This document shows, in pieces, positions 1 through 9,157 of a DNA stretch of 26,739 bases (its first letter is position 1; every line of letters starts with the position of its first letter). The notes under the pieces are model-generated. The model saw only the letters and a list, made by a program, of their open reading frames with translations, searched no databases and was not told where the DNA came from. Source of the DNA: a virus (taxonomy: Duplodnaviria > Caudoviricetes); the IMG/VR virus record IMGVR_UViG_3300032248_000494, positions 1 through 26,739 of that record; one strand, given 5' to 3'. Made by a program: the position numbers and the translations under genes.

Positions 1-140
1 TCATATAAAGAATAATCAATCTCATCATCTGCTAAAGCAAATTGAGTAATGTTTAATCCTTGTCCTGCAGCTAATTTTTCTCTACCCTTTTTTGTAAGGA
101 TAGCATCAACTGTTAAATCTGTGTTACTTAAATATCCCAT
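1..140 (-). CDS. Putative virion/baseplate-associated structural protein (5' part only; runs off the window)
   Basis: Not in the ORF track. ATG at 140 reads MGYLSNTDLTVDAILTKKGREKLAAGQGLNITQFALADDEIDYSLY with no stop to the window edge. The 'LTxKGR...ITxFALxD' pattern resembles phage tail-collar/baseplate proteins. Preceded by the ATATTTATA motif at 162-170. Confidence 0.7.
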   Translation of the reverse strand, partial: MGYLSNTDLTVDAILTKKGREKLAAGQGLNITQFALADDEIDYSLY

Positions 141-161
141 AATAAAATGTTAATCGTTTGA

Positions 162-170
162 TATAAATAT
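162..170 (-). promoter_or_regulatory. Putative late-promoter motif ATATTTATA
   Basis: The same ATATTTAT(A/T) word lies just upstream of minus-strand starts at 140, 5553, 12138, 19922 and 25286. Confidence 0.45.
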
Positions 171-210
171 AATTATTTTAAAATTCCGTTACTATATATC
201 CAATTAAAAA

Positions 211-3200
211 TTATTCAACTTCTAATATTGGTTCAGCCGAATCTCTACCAGCTTTATTAACTCTCAATGTATTTGGATTAGTTGCGAATGTTTCTATTGG
301 AGAAGTTCCATCCAAAGTCGTTGCTGATGTGTTCTTGCATCCTTTAAAGAAAGAATTTTCTAATCCACGAGTCAAATCAGATGTATTTCTAAAATGTGTT
401 GGCAAATACCCATTAACTTTTTTAACTGAAACTATACTTCCTGTACCAGCGTTGATTGTTTTTGATCCCGAATATGGTTGTATATTTAATTTTGTTTCAT
501 AATATGTTTCTAAATCTGCATACATTCCTAATCTATTATCGCCATACCCATTTACAATTACATTGAATTTTTCTATTTTTCTTTGTTTTTGTTCTGTAAT
601 TAAATCTATTTTAATTCTTTCTTTTGTTAAATTTCCACCTTTATCATAGTATGTTCTTATAGCATATCCGTTTTGTGCATATATACCAAATCCAACAACT
701 TCATAATCAGTTTGTCCAATTGTAACTAATTCACCCTCAACTTCAGAACGTATTGTTGGTTCTGCTAATCCTGCATTGATTAGTACTTCTTGTTGATATG
801 ATTCAGCTATTTGATTAAATACGGTATTTGTATTTATTAAGGAATCATATTGATAAGATTCTGCTATAACTCTATTTACTGATGCAGATTGTATTAATCC
901 ATCATATTGATAAGATTCTGCTGTAAATTTTTCACTTAAATCTGCATTAACAAATGCTTCAAATTGTTCATTTTCTGCATGAAAAATTGTAGTGTCTGAA
1001 AAATGTATACTTACATCTTGCTGATAAGAATTGCTGGTTGGTTTTTTATGTTGAATTTTACTTCTTTCTAAAATATGAGGTTCAATTAATAAACCAGTAC
1101 TAGCCTTAACTCTTGCTGGTAACATTTTCTTAATATCTTCAAACATAGATTTCTCATATAGTTTGATTAAATTAATGTATGCGTAAATATCTCTATTATC
1201 AAAACGATTAAAATAGTATTTTCTTAAACTATCCAATCTATTATAGTTGGGTTTGTATCTATCAGATGGGTCACCAATATAGTTATCTAAATTAATTCCA
1301 CCAAATGATTTAGCAATATCAATATTTAATTCTTTTGTAGGTGAAAAGAATAAACCAACTCTATTTGAATCCGCCGGTGCCATATCAAAAGAACGTTTTG
1401 TTGCTCTACTTTTTACAGAAAGGTCTACACCAACTGAACCTGTAATTTCTGCGCCTTCCATTGTATATTGTGATTCAAATCGTATTTTATTTGTTGAATA
1501 TCTTGATGCGCCAAAATCTGGTATTTCCAATACAACCGTTCTATCTATTGATTCAAATTGATATGGATATGAAGTTATATTTGAAAATCCTCCTGCAGAT
1601 GCAGAAAATGAAGCAGATACATTTAAAGAATACAATGGCGATGTAGAGCCTTCTTCATATGCATTTCTATCCAATCCATTTCCAAAATAAATATTTGTAT
1701 CTACATTTGGTAAAGTTGTATATTGATATAAGTTTTTAGGATATTCAAAATCTAAACGGAAATATAAATCATCGGTTGAAGCTGATATATGGTTACCATT
1801 AACCATTTCAGGAAATGAAACGTGTTCATAGAATCTTTCTTTATTCAATGGTGTACTCCATAAACGGAATTCATCCACACTACCAACAAAATTATTTCCT
1901 AATCTAATTTTAGAACCACTATTCCAATTACTATTTGTTATCAATACACTAGCCGAATTTGATTTTTGAAATATACTTCTTTCTTTATCAGCCTGTCTTA
2001 TGTTTAATTCAAAGTTATGATAACTACCACTAATTTCTCTACTAACTTCTATACCAAAAAATTGTTGATTAAATATTGGTAGTATCGATGAGCTTATATT
2101 GTTTGAACCTGAATAATTAAATATAACATTACCATATTCACTATTAGCAGAACCACTTATTCTAATATTCCAATTACTACCAGATATTATTTGATAATTG
2201 CCACTTGTTGATGGTTTTACAAAAAATTCTATTGTATCTGGTTTTCTATTTTTATTAGTATTTTTCCAATCTATTTCAATATAAGAACCTGATGTAAATT
2301 TAATAGCGCTTGTTGTATTATCTATAACTAATTTACTTTTTGTATTATCCGTTACTTCAGGCCCACCAAATTCAAATATAGAAAGATTTGATGAAGGTAT
2401 TCCATAACAACTTAATAATGCATACACACCTTTTCTACTACCTTTATGTTTTAGTAAATAAGGTAAGTTATTTATTATTCTTCTCCAAACTTCATACGTT
2501 CTCTGTTTTGCAGGTGTTTCAAATTTAGTACCACCATCGGAATCTAACCCCAATACATATTCCCACAATTTGGCATCAACTGCTAAATTTTTAGCATCCC
2601 ATCCAAACGACTTTAATGCATCAAATAATAATCTATCAGATATTCCATCTTTTGATTTGTAACCCAATCCTCTACTTTTTTCAATTGATTTAGTATGATA
2701 GTAGATATTATCAAAATGCTGACCAACCATTGAAAAGAATAATAAATAATTTTCATTTTCATCATTATTCAAAATATATGCTGGTATATTATTTTTTAAA
2801 AAGTTTGGATTTGAATTATCAAACTCATTTGCTAAATCTATTATATTTTCATACCAATTTACAACGGTACTTGACGTACTCGCATATCTTTGTGTTGATG
2901 ATTGATATGGCCATGATAATGAAGATGATTCATATAAGAATTTTTCAAATCCATCAAATACACTTATTAATTGATTTTTCTTTGATGTTTGCCTTTCTAA
3001 TTCTTGATTAGCAGAAATAGAATTATTATAATCATTTGATAATGTAGTATTTTTATTTATTAAATTATCATAATTTTCAATCAATTGAACTTTGTAAACA
3101 AAATTATCAACACGTTCTTTTGCTGAACTAAAATGTACAAAATTATTCCATAAATATGTAGAACCACTTGTATATTCTATATTCAAATCATCAGTATCCA

Positions 3201-5553
3201 TCAATGATTTACTTAAATATGTAGATACTAATTGAGCAGAACTTGAAAGAGAGCTACTTAATATTAAGCTATCCAATGATTCATATCCTATTGATTGTCC
3301 ACTTATAAAATCAACATCTATATTAAAATTCGGGCCCTTTAATGGAGGACATTTTATATCATCTTGTTCATTTAGTATTACGGTTTCAATGAGTGGGTTA
3401 CTCATTAATTTTGTAATCCAAAAAGTAGAATTTGAAATTATATTTGCAGGAAGTGGTGAATATAGTTTTAATATTACTGATTCAACCGTATCTTGTGATT
3501 TAACAAATTCATTTCCAATATTATCAACTGATTTTTTAGATAAAGTCCAATTATCTTCTTCCCACGATGCTATTATTATCTGTTCATCGTTTCCAAAGTT
3601 TGCAAGATGTGTTAAATATTTTTCTTCTTTATCTAAATCAATAAATTTCAGAGTTTGATTAAATGTATCATAAACTGCTTTCTTTATTATATCTTCATCC
3701 AATTTTATTTTTGGATAAATTACTTTTGTTACAATTTCATATTCATTTCCTTGTAAAGAACTACCACCAGCTTTATTATATGGTTTGAATATTAATGTAA
3801 CATTATTATTACCATTCCATTGAGAGAATTTTTTTGAAATATCTCTTAAATTTATTTTGAAAACACCATTTGCTGGTAGATTTTTAAATAAATTTATTTT
3901 ACTTTTATTTTTTGCAAGTAGGAATACATCAACCGAAGTTGCTGAAAATGAATTGTATTCAACTTCATATTCTATTGATAAATCCGAAAAAGATGGAACA
4001 TCAATTGAATCTGGAGCTGATATCTGCGTAATTGAAGGATAATCGTTTACAGGAATAAATCTAATTAATGTTGTAATTCTTTCACCGGTTTCAACTCCAC
4101 CTTCTATAATATCCCCTATTTTTTTATTTCTATAAGCAGGGTTATTCTGCAATGTTGTATCAAGAACCTCTTGCAAAGTAGATGCACCATTTGTAGTACC
4201 GGCAATTGTTCGTGCTTTATTTAATTTTTCTTTATCTGTGTTAGTTAGTGAAACACGTATTGGAACTAAATATATTCGTTTAGTACCATATACTCCTTTA
4301 AAATTCTTTTTAAAATACAATTTAACATATCCAGTTGATGCAACTATTCTTATTGGAGCATTTTCATCAACATAAACTTCAACTAAATCTGCATTGGTTG
4401 TAGAAAATGAAATATTTACTTCTGTTTCGGTATCCGAATCTTTTACTTCAAAATCTTTTTGTGTTCCAATTATTTTGACTGTTGGGTTTACAAGTTGATT
4501 TGTTTTTTCAAGCAGTGCTGCAACTACAATTCCAGATAATAATTCTTTTCCTGTTATTTTGAAAGATTTATTAGTTTTATTCCATACAGAAAAATTATTA
4601 GGATTTCTTTCTGCTGTAGTTTTATTTGTATAATAAAATTCAGAATATGAATACCCAACTGGAAGTGGATTGGTTTCTGTTATACTAATATTTACACTAC
4701 CATCATTTAAAATAGATTTGGCTATTTTTTTATTATCGGTATTTGAATCAATTAGTTTTAAATTAGCATTTTCAATTATATTATTGTTAGAATCTACAAT
4801 TTGATAATTAAGATTTATATTATTACCTAATTCATTTGTAAAATTTGATGTAAATGCTATTTCATAATTAATTAAAGTATCTGGTATAGAAGGCTTCTGT
4901 CCACCATTTGATACATCCGATACTTTTGGTTTACTTTCAAATGAAAATGCTAAATCAACTATTCCACTCGTAGAATCTAAAGTTTTTTCATTTAAAAGTA
5001 CATAACTACCATAACTTCTATTTATCGCATATTCTTGTATAGAAACTATTTCAGTATATAGATAGTCATTTTTTGTTATGTAATTCCCAGCAGTAGTATT
5101 ACTATAATTGTAATTAAAATTGTAGATATTATTTGTAGAATTTACATTTATAGATAATGGACTATCTAAATAATAATCATTAGATGTTTTATACTTTTTT
5201 CTTATACTAACAACATAATAGTTTTGTGATATTTTATTATCAATAGTAGAACGATATGTTTTACTACTACCAAATTTTAATGATGGTGTGAAATCGACTG
5301 TAACATTTCTACCAACTCCAACATTTGCATTATCTTGTGTAAATGTTGCTTCATAATCACTTCTTAAAACTATTCTTAATTTTCCATAATTACTTTGATT
5401 ATAAATAGGTGGAACAAATAATGGATTTGGAGTAACCGGCGGTGTATATATACCACTATTTACACCCGTACTAAATGGTTGATATGTACCAGTACCATTA
5501 TAAACAGTACCTATTGTATTACCACCAAATTGATTATCTAATTCTGTTCCCAT
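211..5553 (-). CDS. Large baseplate wedge-like structural protein (T4 gp7 / P2 gpI-like core) with LamG/ConA-like lectin domain
   Basis: 1780 aa. RRIINNLPYLLKHKGSRKGVYALLSCYG resembles the gpI/gp7 'KGT' wedge motif, and IKKMLPARVK resembles its C-terminal partner motif. DTIEFFVKP...LGNNFVGSVDEFRLWSTPL is a LamG-like signature. Located in the baseplate gene cluster. Confidence 0.7.
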   Translation of the reverse strand: MGTELDNQFGGNTIGTVYNGTGTYQPFSTGVNSGIYTPPVTPNPLFVPPIYNQSNYGKLRIVLRSDYEATFTQDNANVGVGRNVTVDFTPSLKFGSSKTYRSTIDNKISQNYYVVSIRKKYKTSNDYYLDSPLSINVNSTNNIYNFNYNYSNTTAGNYITKNDYLYTEIVSIQEYAINRSYGSYVLLNEKTLDSTSGIVDLAFSFESKPKVSDVSNGGQKPSIPDTLINYEIAFTSNFTNELGNNINLNYQIVDSNNNIIENANLKLIDSNTDNKKIAKSILNDGSVNISITETNPLPVGYSYSEFYYTNKTTAERNPNNFSVWNKTNKSFKITGKELLSGIVVAALLEKTNQLVNPTVKIIGTQKDFEVKDSDTETEVNISFSTTNADLVEVYVDENAPIRIVASTGYVKLYFKKNFKGVYGTKRIYLVPIRVSLTNTDKEKLNKARTIAGTTNGASTLQEVLDTTLQNNPAYRNKKIGDIIEGGVETGERITTLIRFIPVNDYPSITQISAPDSIDVPSFSDLSIEYEVEYNSFSATSVDVFLLAKNKSKINLFKNLPANGVFKINLRDISKKFSQWNGNNNVTLIFKPYNKAGGSSLQGNEYEIVTKVIYPKIKLDEDIIKKAVYDTFNQTLKFIDLDKEEKYLTHLANFGNDEQIIIASWEEDNWTLSKKSVDNIGNEFVKSQDTVESVILKLYSPLPANIISNSTFWITKLMSNPLIETVILNEQDDIKCPPLKGPNFNIDVDFISGQSIGYESLDSLILSSSLSSSAQLVSTYLSKSLMDTDDLNIEYTSGSTYLWNNFVHFSSAKERVDNFVYKVQLIENYDNLINKNTTLSNDYNNSISANQELERQTSKKNQLISVFDGFEKFLYESSSLSWPYQSSTQRYASTSSTVVNWYENIIDLANEFDNSNPNFLKNNIPAYILNNDENENYLLFFSMVGQHFDNIYYHTKSIEKSRGLGYKSKDGISDRLLFDALKSFGWDAKNLAVDAKLWEYVLGLDSDGGTKFETPAKQRTYEVWRRIINNLPYLLKHKGSRKGVYALLSCYGIPSSNLSIFEFGGPEVTDNTKSKLVIDNTTSAIKFTSGSYIEIDWKNTNKNRKPDTIEFFVKPSTSGNYQIISGSNWNIRISGSANSEYGNVIFNYSGSNNISSSILPIFNQQFFGIEVSREISGSYHNFELNIRQADKERSIFQKSNSASVLITNSNWNSGSKIRLGNNFVGSVDEFRLWSTPLNKERFYEHVSFPEMVNGNHISASTDDLYFRLDFEYPKNLYQYTTLPNVDTNIYFGNGLDRNAYEEGSTSPLYSLNVSASFSASAGGFSNITSYPYQFESIDRTVVLEIPDFGASRYSTNKIRFESQYTMEGAEITGSVGVDLSVKSRATKRSFDMAPADSNRVGLFFSPTKELNIDIAKSFGGINLDNYIGDPSDRYKPNYNRLDSLRKYYFNRFDNRDIYAYINLIKLYEKSMFEDIKKMLPARVKASTGLLIEPHILERSKIQHKKPTSNSYQQDVSIHFSDTTIFHAENEQFEAFVNADLSEKFTAESYQYDGLIQSASVNRVIAESYQYDSLINTNTVFNQIAESYQQEVLINAGLAEPTIRSEVEGELVTIGQTDYEVVGFGIYAQNGYAIRTYYDKGGNLTKERIKIDLITEQKQRKIEKFNVIVNGYGDNRLGMYADLETYYETKLNIQPYSGSKTINAGTGSIVSVKKVNGYLPTHFRNTSDLTRGLENSFFKGCKNTSATTLDGTSPIETFATNPNTLRVNKAGRDSAEPILEVE
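787..1035 (-). repeat. Five degenerate 57-nt (19-aa) in-frame tandem repeats
   Basis: Cores start at 787, 844, 901, 958 and 1015 and encode AESYQQE, AESYQYD, AESYQYD, AENEQFE and SNSYQQD. The 22-mer atcatattgataagattctgct is identical at 844 and 901. Confidence 0.85.
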
Positions 5554-5565
5554 CTATTAGTTTTT

Positions 5566-5574
5566 TATAAATAT
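5566..5574 (-). promoter_or_regulatory. Putative late-promoter motif ATATTTATA
   Basis: Lies in the 22-nt intergenic gap upstream of the ATG at 5553. Confidence 0.45.
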
Positions 5575-5575
5575 C

Positions 5576-6901
5576 CTATTTTACGTTTCTCTGTTGATAC
5601 TCTGTTATCAATGTCAATTCACCTGTACCTTGATCGGTGTTGTAAACTGTACGTGCATTACCCCCACCCCCACCTCCACCAGTTGGTGTAGGAGTTATAA
5701 TAATCGGTTCTATAGGCGGCGGAATTATCACAATGGGTTCAATCTTTGGTTGTATTGGTTTTTCCTCAACAACAACCGGTAGTGGCGGCGGGCTATCCAC
5801 TTCAATTAATTGTGGAATTGGTTTTTTAACTATTGGAGTAGGTTCTATAATTGGATTTAGTTTTTCTTCAGTTACCTTATCATCAAATTGTATATCTACT
5901 CTTTTTGGATTATAAACTTGTCTTTTTATTTCAAAAGGAGTTTTAAATGCATCAACATTATCTTTTATTTCTTTTCTCAATTCAACAACTGCAAATTCTT
6001 TTGGTAATTGTTTTAATGTAACATCTCTTCTTTTTAAAGATTTTAAATTAAATGAAACGCATTCAAATAATATACTTCTTATATCATTTGTAATACTATT
6101 AAAGTCATATCTGTCACATTCGCTGAATCGTATCGCCGATGGTTTTCCAAAATTAGTTTCAGATATTTTATAGTACTTATTGGATAAATAATTATTAACT
6201 GATAATTTAAAATCTTCGTATATTTTTTTTCTTAAGTTTGAAAACCTACTTATACCAAAATCTTTTTGTAAAGTTACAAAGAAATCTTTACCAAATTTTG
6301 ATTGTAATGCAGAATCAATAGAATCTAAAAAGTTTTTTTCAAATGAGTTAATTGAATTTAATAAACTATTTTTATAATATTTAAAATCTTTATTGAGATT
6401 ATTTAAATTTTTAAATTCATTTTTTACTTTTTCTGTTGTATTTTTATCTTTTGTTTTTACTGGTAAAATACGAATTTCTTCTCTTGAAGGAGATATTTCT
6501 TGTATCCAAACTCTTTCTAATTCATTTTCTGAGCCAACTCTATGTCTTACAAAATTTAAATTTATTTTTAATATACCATTTGTAAAGCCAATATCATTTA
6601 ATAATTTCTCAGCATTAATTGCTAATTCTTTTCTACCAGATTTATTTGTAACATTGTACATATAGTTTCCAATATCATTAGATTTTATATATGCAACATT
6701 TTTACCTGTTTTTTGTGGTAGTAGATTATTATTTATATCGTAAACGGATACTTCCATAACATCATACTTACAAGTTCCAAAATCTGTTTCTTCTATTTCA
6801 GATGCCGATATAATAAATAAATCTTCCGGTTGAAGATACTGTCCTTCATTTTCAACTTTGGTATTTATTTGTTCAAAATTTGTATATTTTTTTATAGCCA
6901 T
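5576..6901 (-). CDS. Hypothetical virion-module protein with Pro-rich/poly-Gly C-terminal tail
   Basis: 441 aa. WIQEISPSREEIRI motif; C-terminus of PIIEPTP/PPPIEP repeats and GGGGGGG. Located between structural genes. Confidence 0.6.
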   Translation of the reverse strand: MAIKKYTNFEQINTKVENEGQYLQPEDLFIISASEIEETDFGTCKYDVMEVSVYDINNNLLPQKTGKNVAYIKSNDIGNYMYNVTNKSGRKELAINAEKLLNDIGFTNGILKINLNFVRHRVGSENELERVWIQEISPSREEIRILPVKTKDKNTTEKVKNEFKNLNNLNKDFKYYKNSLLNSINSFEKNFLDSIDSALQSKFGKDFFVTLQKDFGISRFSNLRKKIYEDFKLSVNNYLSNKYYKISETNFGKPSAIRFSECDRYDFNSITNDIRSILFECVSFNLKSLKRRDVTLKQLPKEFAVVELRKEIKDNVDAFKTPFEIKRQVYNPKRVDIQFDDKVTEEKLNPIIEPTPIVKKPIPQLIEVDSPPPLPVVVEEKPIQPKIEPIVIIPPPIEPIIITPTPTGGGGGGGNARTVYNTDQGTGELTLITEYQQRNVK

Positions 6902-6914
6902 TTTCTATGTATTA

Positions 6915-8060
6915 TTAATAAGATTTAGGATGCGATTTTGTAAATCCAGCCTCATATGTTTTACTTTCAACTGAACCATCTGCTTTCTTTACTGATACTT
7001 TTAAAGAACCACCTTTATAATCTGCACTCTTAGACCATCCAAAGAAATTTTTATTACTGTCAATACCACCTCTACCACCAGCTGCAGATTCATTTATAAC
7101 TAATTTTACCGATTTTTGTTGACCTGCTGCTAAACTAAATATAGGTTCTGTCGGACTAAAGAAGTTTATATTTTGAGTAGCTACTGTTATCAATGATATC
7201 TCAGCATCTTGTGTGCCATTATTTGTAAAATCAATAGTTGCACCATTTACCCACTTATTACCCCCATCTGGATTTATTTTTCCCCATATTGGTGTTTTTG
7301 TTTGGTCTGTTTTTGCTGCTACTTTAACAATAACATCTTTATTGACAACATCTGCACCAGCCGCCATTGCCTGAGCCTGCGTTCCCTGTTGGATTGCCTG
7401 TTGCTGTTGTACTGCTCCCAATTGAGATTGTAATCCTTCTATGATAGAATTCAATGAATCAATTTGTTTTATTAGAGATTCAATTTGAGCCTTAAATCCG
7501 GTATTTTGTGATTGTAACGATGCTCTTAAAATGGATTCCTCTACTGATTTCTGTAATGAAGTTGCTATTTGACTTGAAAATGTATTAAGTGTATTATTAA
7601 TAGCATCCAATTGATTTACTAAAACATCATTAGATTGCTCAATAGCAAGTCTATTATTTATTTCAGTAGTAACTTGTTCTTTTAGTGTACTAATTTCGCC
7701 ACTCAAAGTTGATACCTTTGTTGTTAAATCTGCTACTTGCTTTCTTAAATCAGTAGAACTACTAACCTCTGCATCATATAATGGTTTGGGTACTAAACTT
7801 CTATTAGCAATTGGAATATCTGGTTTCAATTCCTTTACTTCAATATCAATTGCTTTAACTATCTCATCCCTATTTAATTTTGTTTTTGTTAAGGGTTTAA
7901 ATAATAAAGATGATGCGGCATTACTTTCATTTACAACGGTTATATTATATTCATTTTTAGTAATAGCGGCAGAGCCTGAAATCTTTAATATCTTTTCAAG
8001 TTCTAATTGTTTTTTTTCTTTTAACTTCTCAGCTATCGATTCTAATGATGTTAATGCCAT
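6915..8060 (-). CDS. Coiled-coil protein with C-terminal beta-rich (Ig-like) domain, probably structural
   Basis: 381 aa. Long Q/S/L-rich heptad region (about aa 100-230) followed by alternating beta strands. TAATG overlap with the upstream gene at 8060. Confidence 0.6.
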   Translation of the reverse strand: MALTSLESIAEKLKEKKQLELEKILKISGSAAITKNEYNITVVNESNAASSLLFKPLTKTKLNRDEIVKAIDIEVKELKPDIPIANRSLVPKPLYDAEVSSSTDLRKQVADLTTKVSTLSGEISTLKEQVTTEINNRLAIEQSNDVLVNQLDAINNTLNTFSSQIATSLQKSVEESILRASLQSQNTGFKAQIESLIKQIDSLNSIIEGLQSQLGAVQQQQAIQQGTQAQAMAAGADVVNKDVIVKVAAKTDQTKTPIWGKINPDGGNKWVNGATIDFTNNGTQDAEISLITVATQNINFFSPTEPIFSLAAGQQKSVKLVINESAAGGRGGIDSNKNFFGWSKSADYKGGSLKVSVKKADGSVESKTYEAGFTKSHPKSY

Positions 8061-9157
8061 TAATGTATTATTTCAAAAGTTAATTTATCATCTAAAATTT
8101 GGGTAACTCCACCACTAAGTACTTTTATTTTTAAAATATATGATCTATCAGGTGCATATGAATTTGTATCTAAATAAAAATAATTAGATATTGAATCGCA
8201 ACTCAATTTAGAATAATCACCAAATGGTATAATTATCTCATTAGTTACATAATCTTCTATTTGATAATAAGATGATGTTGGTAAATATTTAGATTGGTCA
8301 TATTCAAATGTTGTACTAAATGATTTTGATGGATATGCCGTTCTTCCTTTTACTCTTATTTTAAATTTACTATCTACTTTATATTCTTTATTTAAGTTAG
8401 TAACTATTATTTTATTATTTTCAAAAATATCTAATGTTGATGATCCTGATATTGGTAATAAACTTCCTGTTGAAAATATTTGGTCATTCCAAACTACTTC
8501 TAGCTTTGGTTGATATATTGTATTTGTTTCTTTTGAAAAGAATTTAAGAAGTCCATAATCTAAAGAATTTGCTTCATTTGCTAATTCATGATGAATTATA
8601 AATCCATTATTAGGTAGAGAACCACTAACCCATAATTTTATTATTTCAGTAACATTCATTCGAATATCATCTGGTTCATAATCAAATGATTGAGATGCCA
8701 TTGATGCAGTATACCAAGTACCACCTTCTGCATTTGCTGAACCTGTTGTTCCTGCTGCGAATACCGCAGTACCTGCAATTACATTATCTTGCCAACTATT
8801 AACACCATTTCTATATTTCCAGCTTACCCCATCCGATGTTATATTATCAAATTTGGTACCTGTTCCCATTGACCAACTTTGAGAAACTGCATTTGCATAA
8901 ATTGTATACTCTAATGGTATTTCAGATGCATTTGCTGATTTTAAAGAAACAAAAGCATTCCAGCTTCCTGATATTTCTCCGCTTGCTATTGATGCAGATA
9001 TTGTATTTACATTAAATTTTATTAAAGCTCTGTGAATATCTTTCACATCTCCGTAATAAAGTTTACCTACTTCTAATATCTCATCTCTACCTGCGTTTTG
9101 TTCAGGTTGTTGTAGATATACACTTGCGTCAAATGATGATGTATAAAATTTATGCAT
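8060..9157 (-). CDS. DNRLRE/CBM96-like domain structural protein
   Basis: 365 aa. DASVY...QNAGRDEILEVG...RALIKFNV...MNVTEIIKLW...NNGFII...FFSKE...PKLEV follows the DNRLRE-domain pattern. Confidence 0.6.
   Translation of the reverse strand: MHKFYTSSFDASVYLQQPEQNAGRDEILEVGKLYYGDVKDIHRALIKFNVNTISASIASGEISGSWNAFVSLKSANASEIPLEYTIYANAVSQSWSMGTGTKFDNITSDGVSWKYRNGVNSWQDNVIAGTAVFAAGTTGSANAEGGTWYTASMASQSFDYEPDDIRMNVTEIIKLWVSGSLPNNGFIIHHELANEANSLDYGLLKFFSKETNTIYQPKLEVVWNDQIFSTGSLLPISGSSTLDIFENNKIIVTNLNKEYKVDSKFKIRVKGRTAYPSKSFSTTFEYDQSKYLPTSSYYQIEDYVTNEIIIPFGDYSKLSCDSISNYFYLDTNSYAPDRSYILKIKVLSGGVTQILDDKLTFEIIH

Noticed and set aside
787-1035. 57-nt periodic repeats as a CRISPR array or DGR template
   Set aside because: In frame within a CDS, degenerate at codon level, no palindrome, and no cas or reverse transcriptase genes in the window.
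5661-5680. C-rich run cccccacccccacctccacc
   Set aside because: Encodes the poly-Gly tract of the 441-aa protein.
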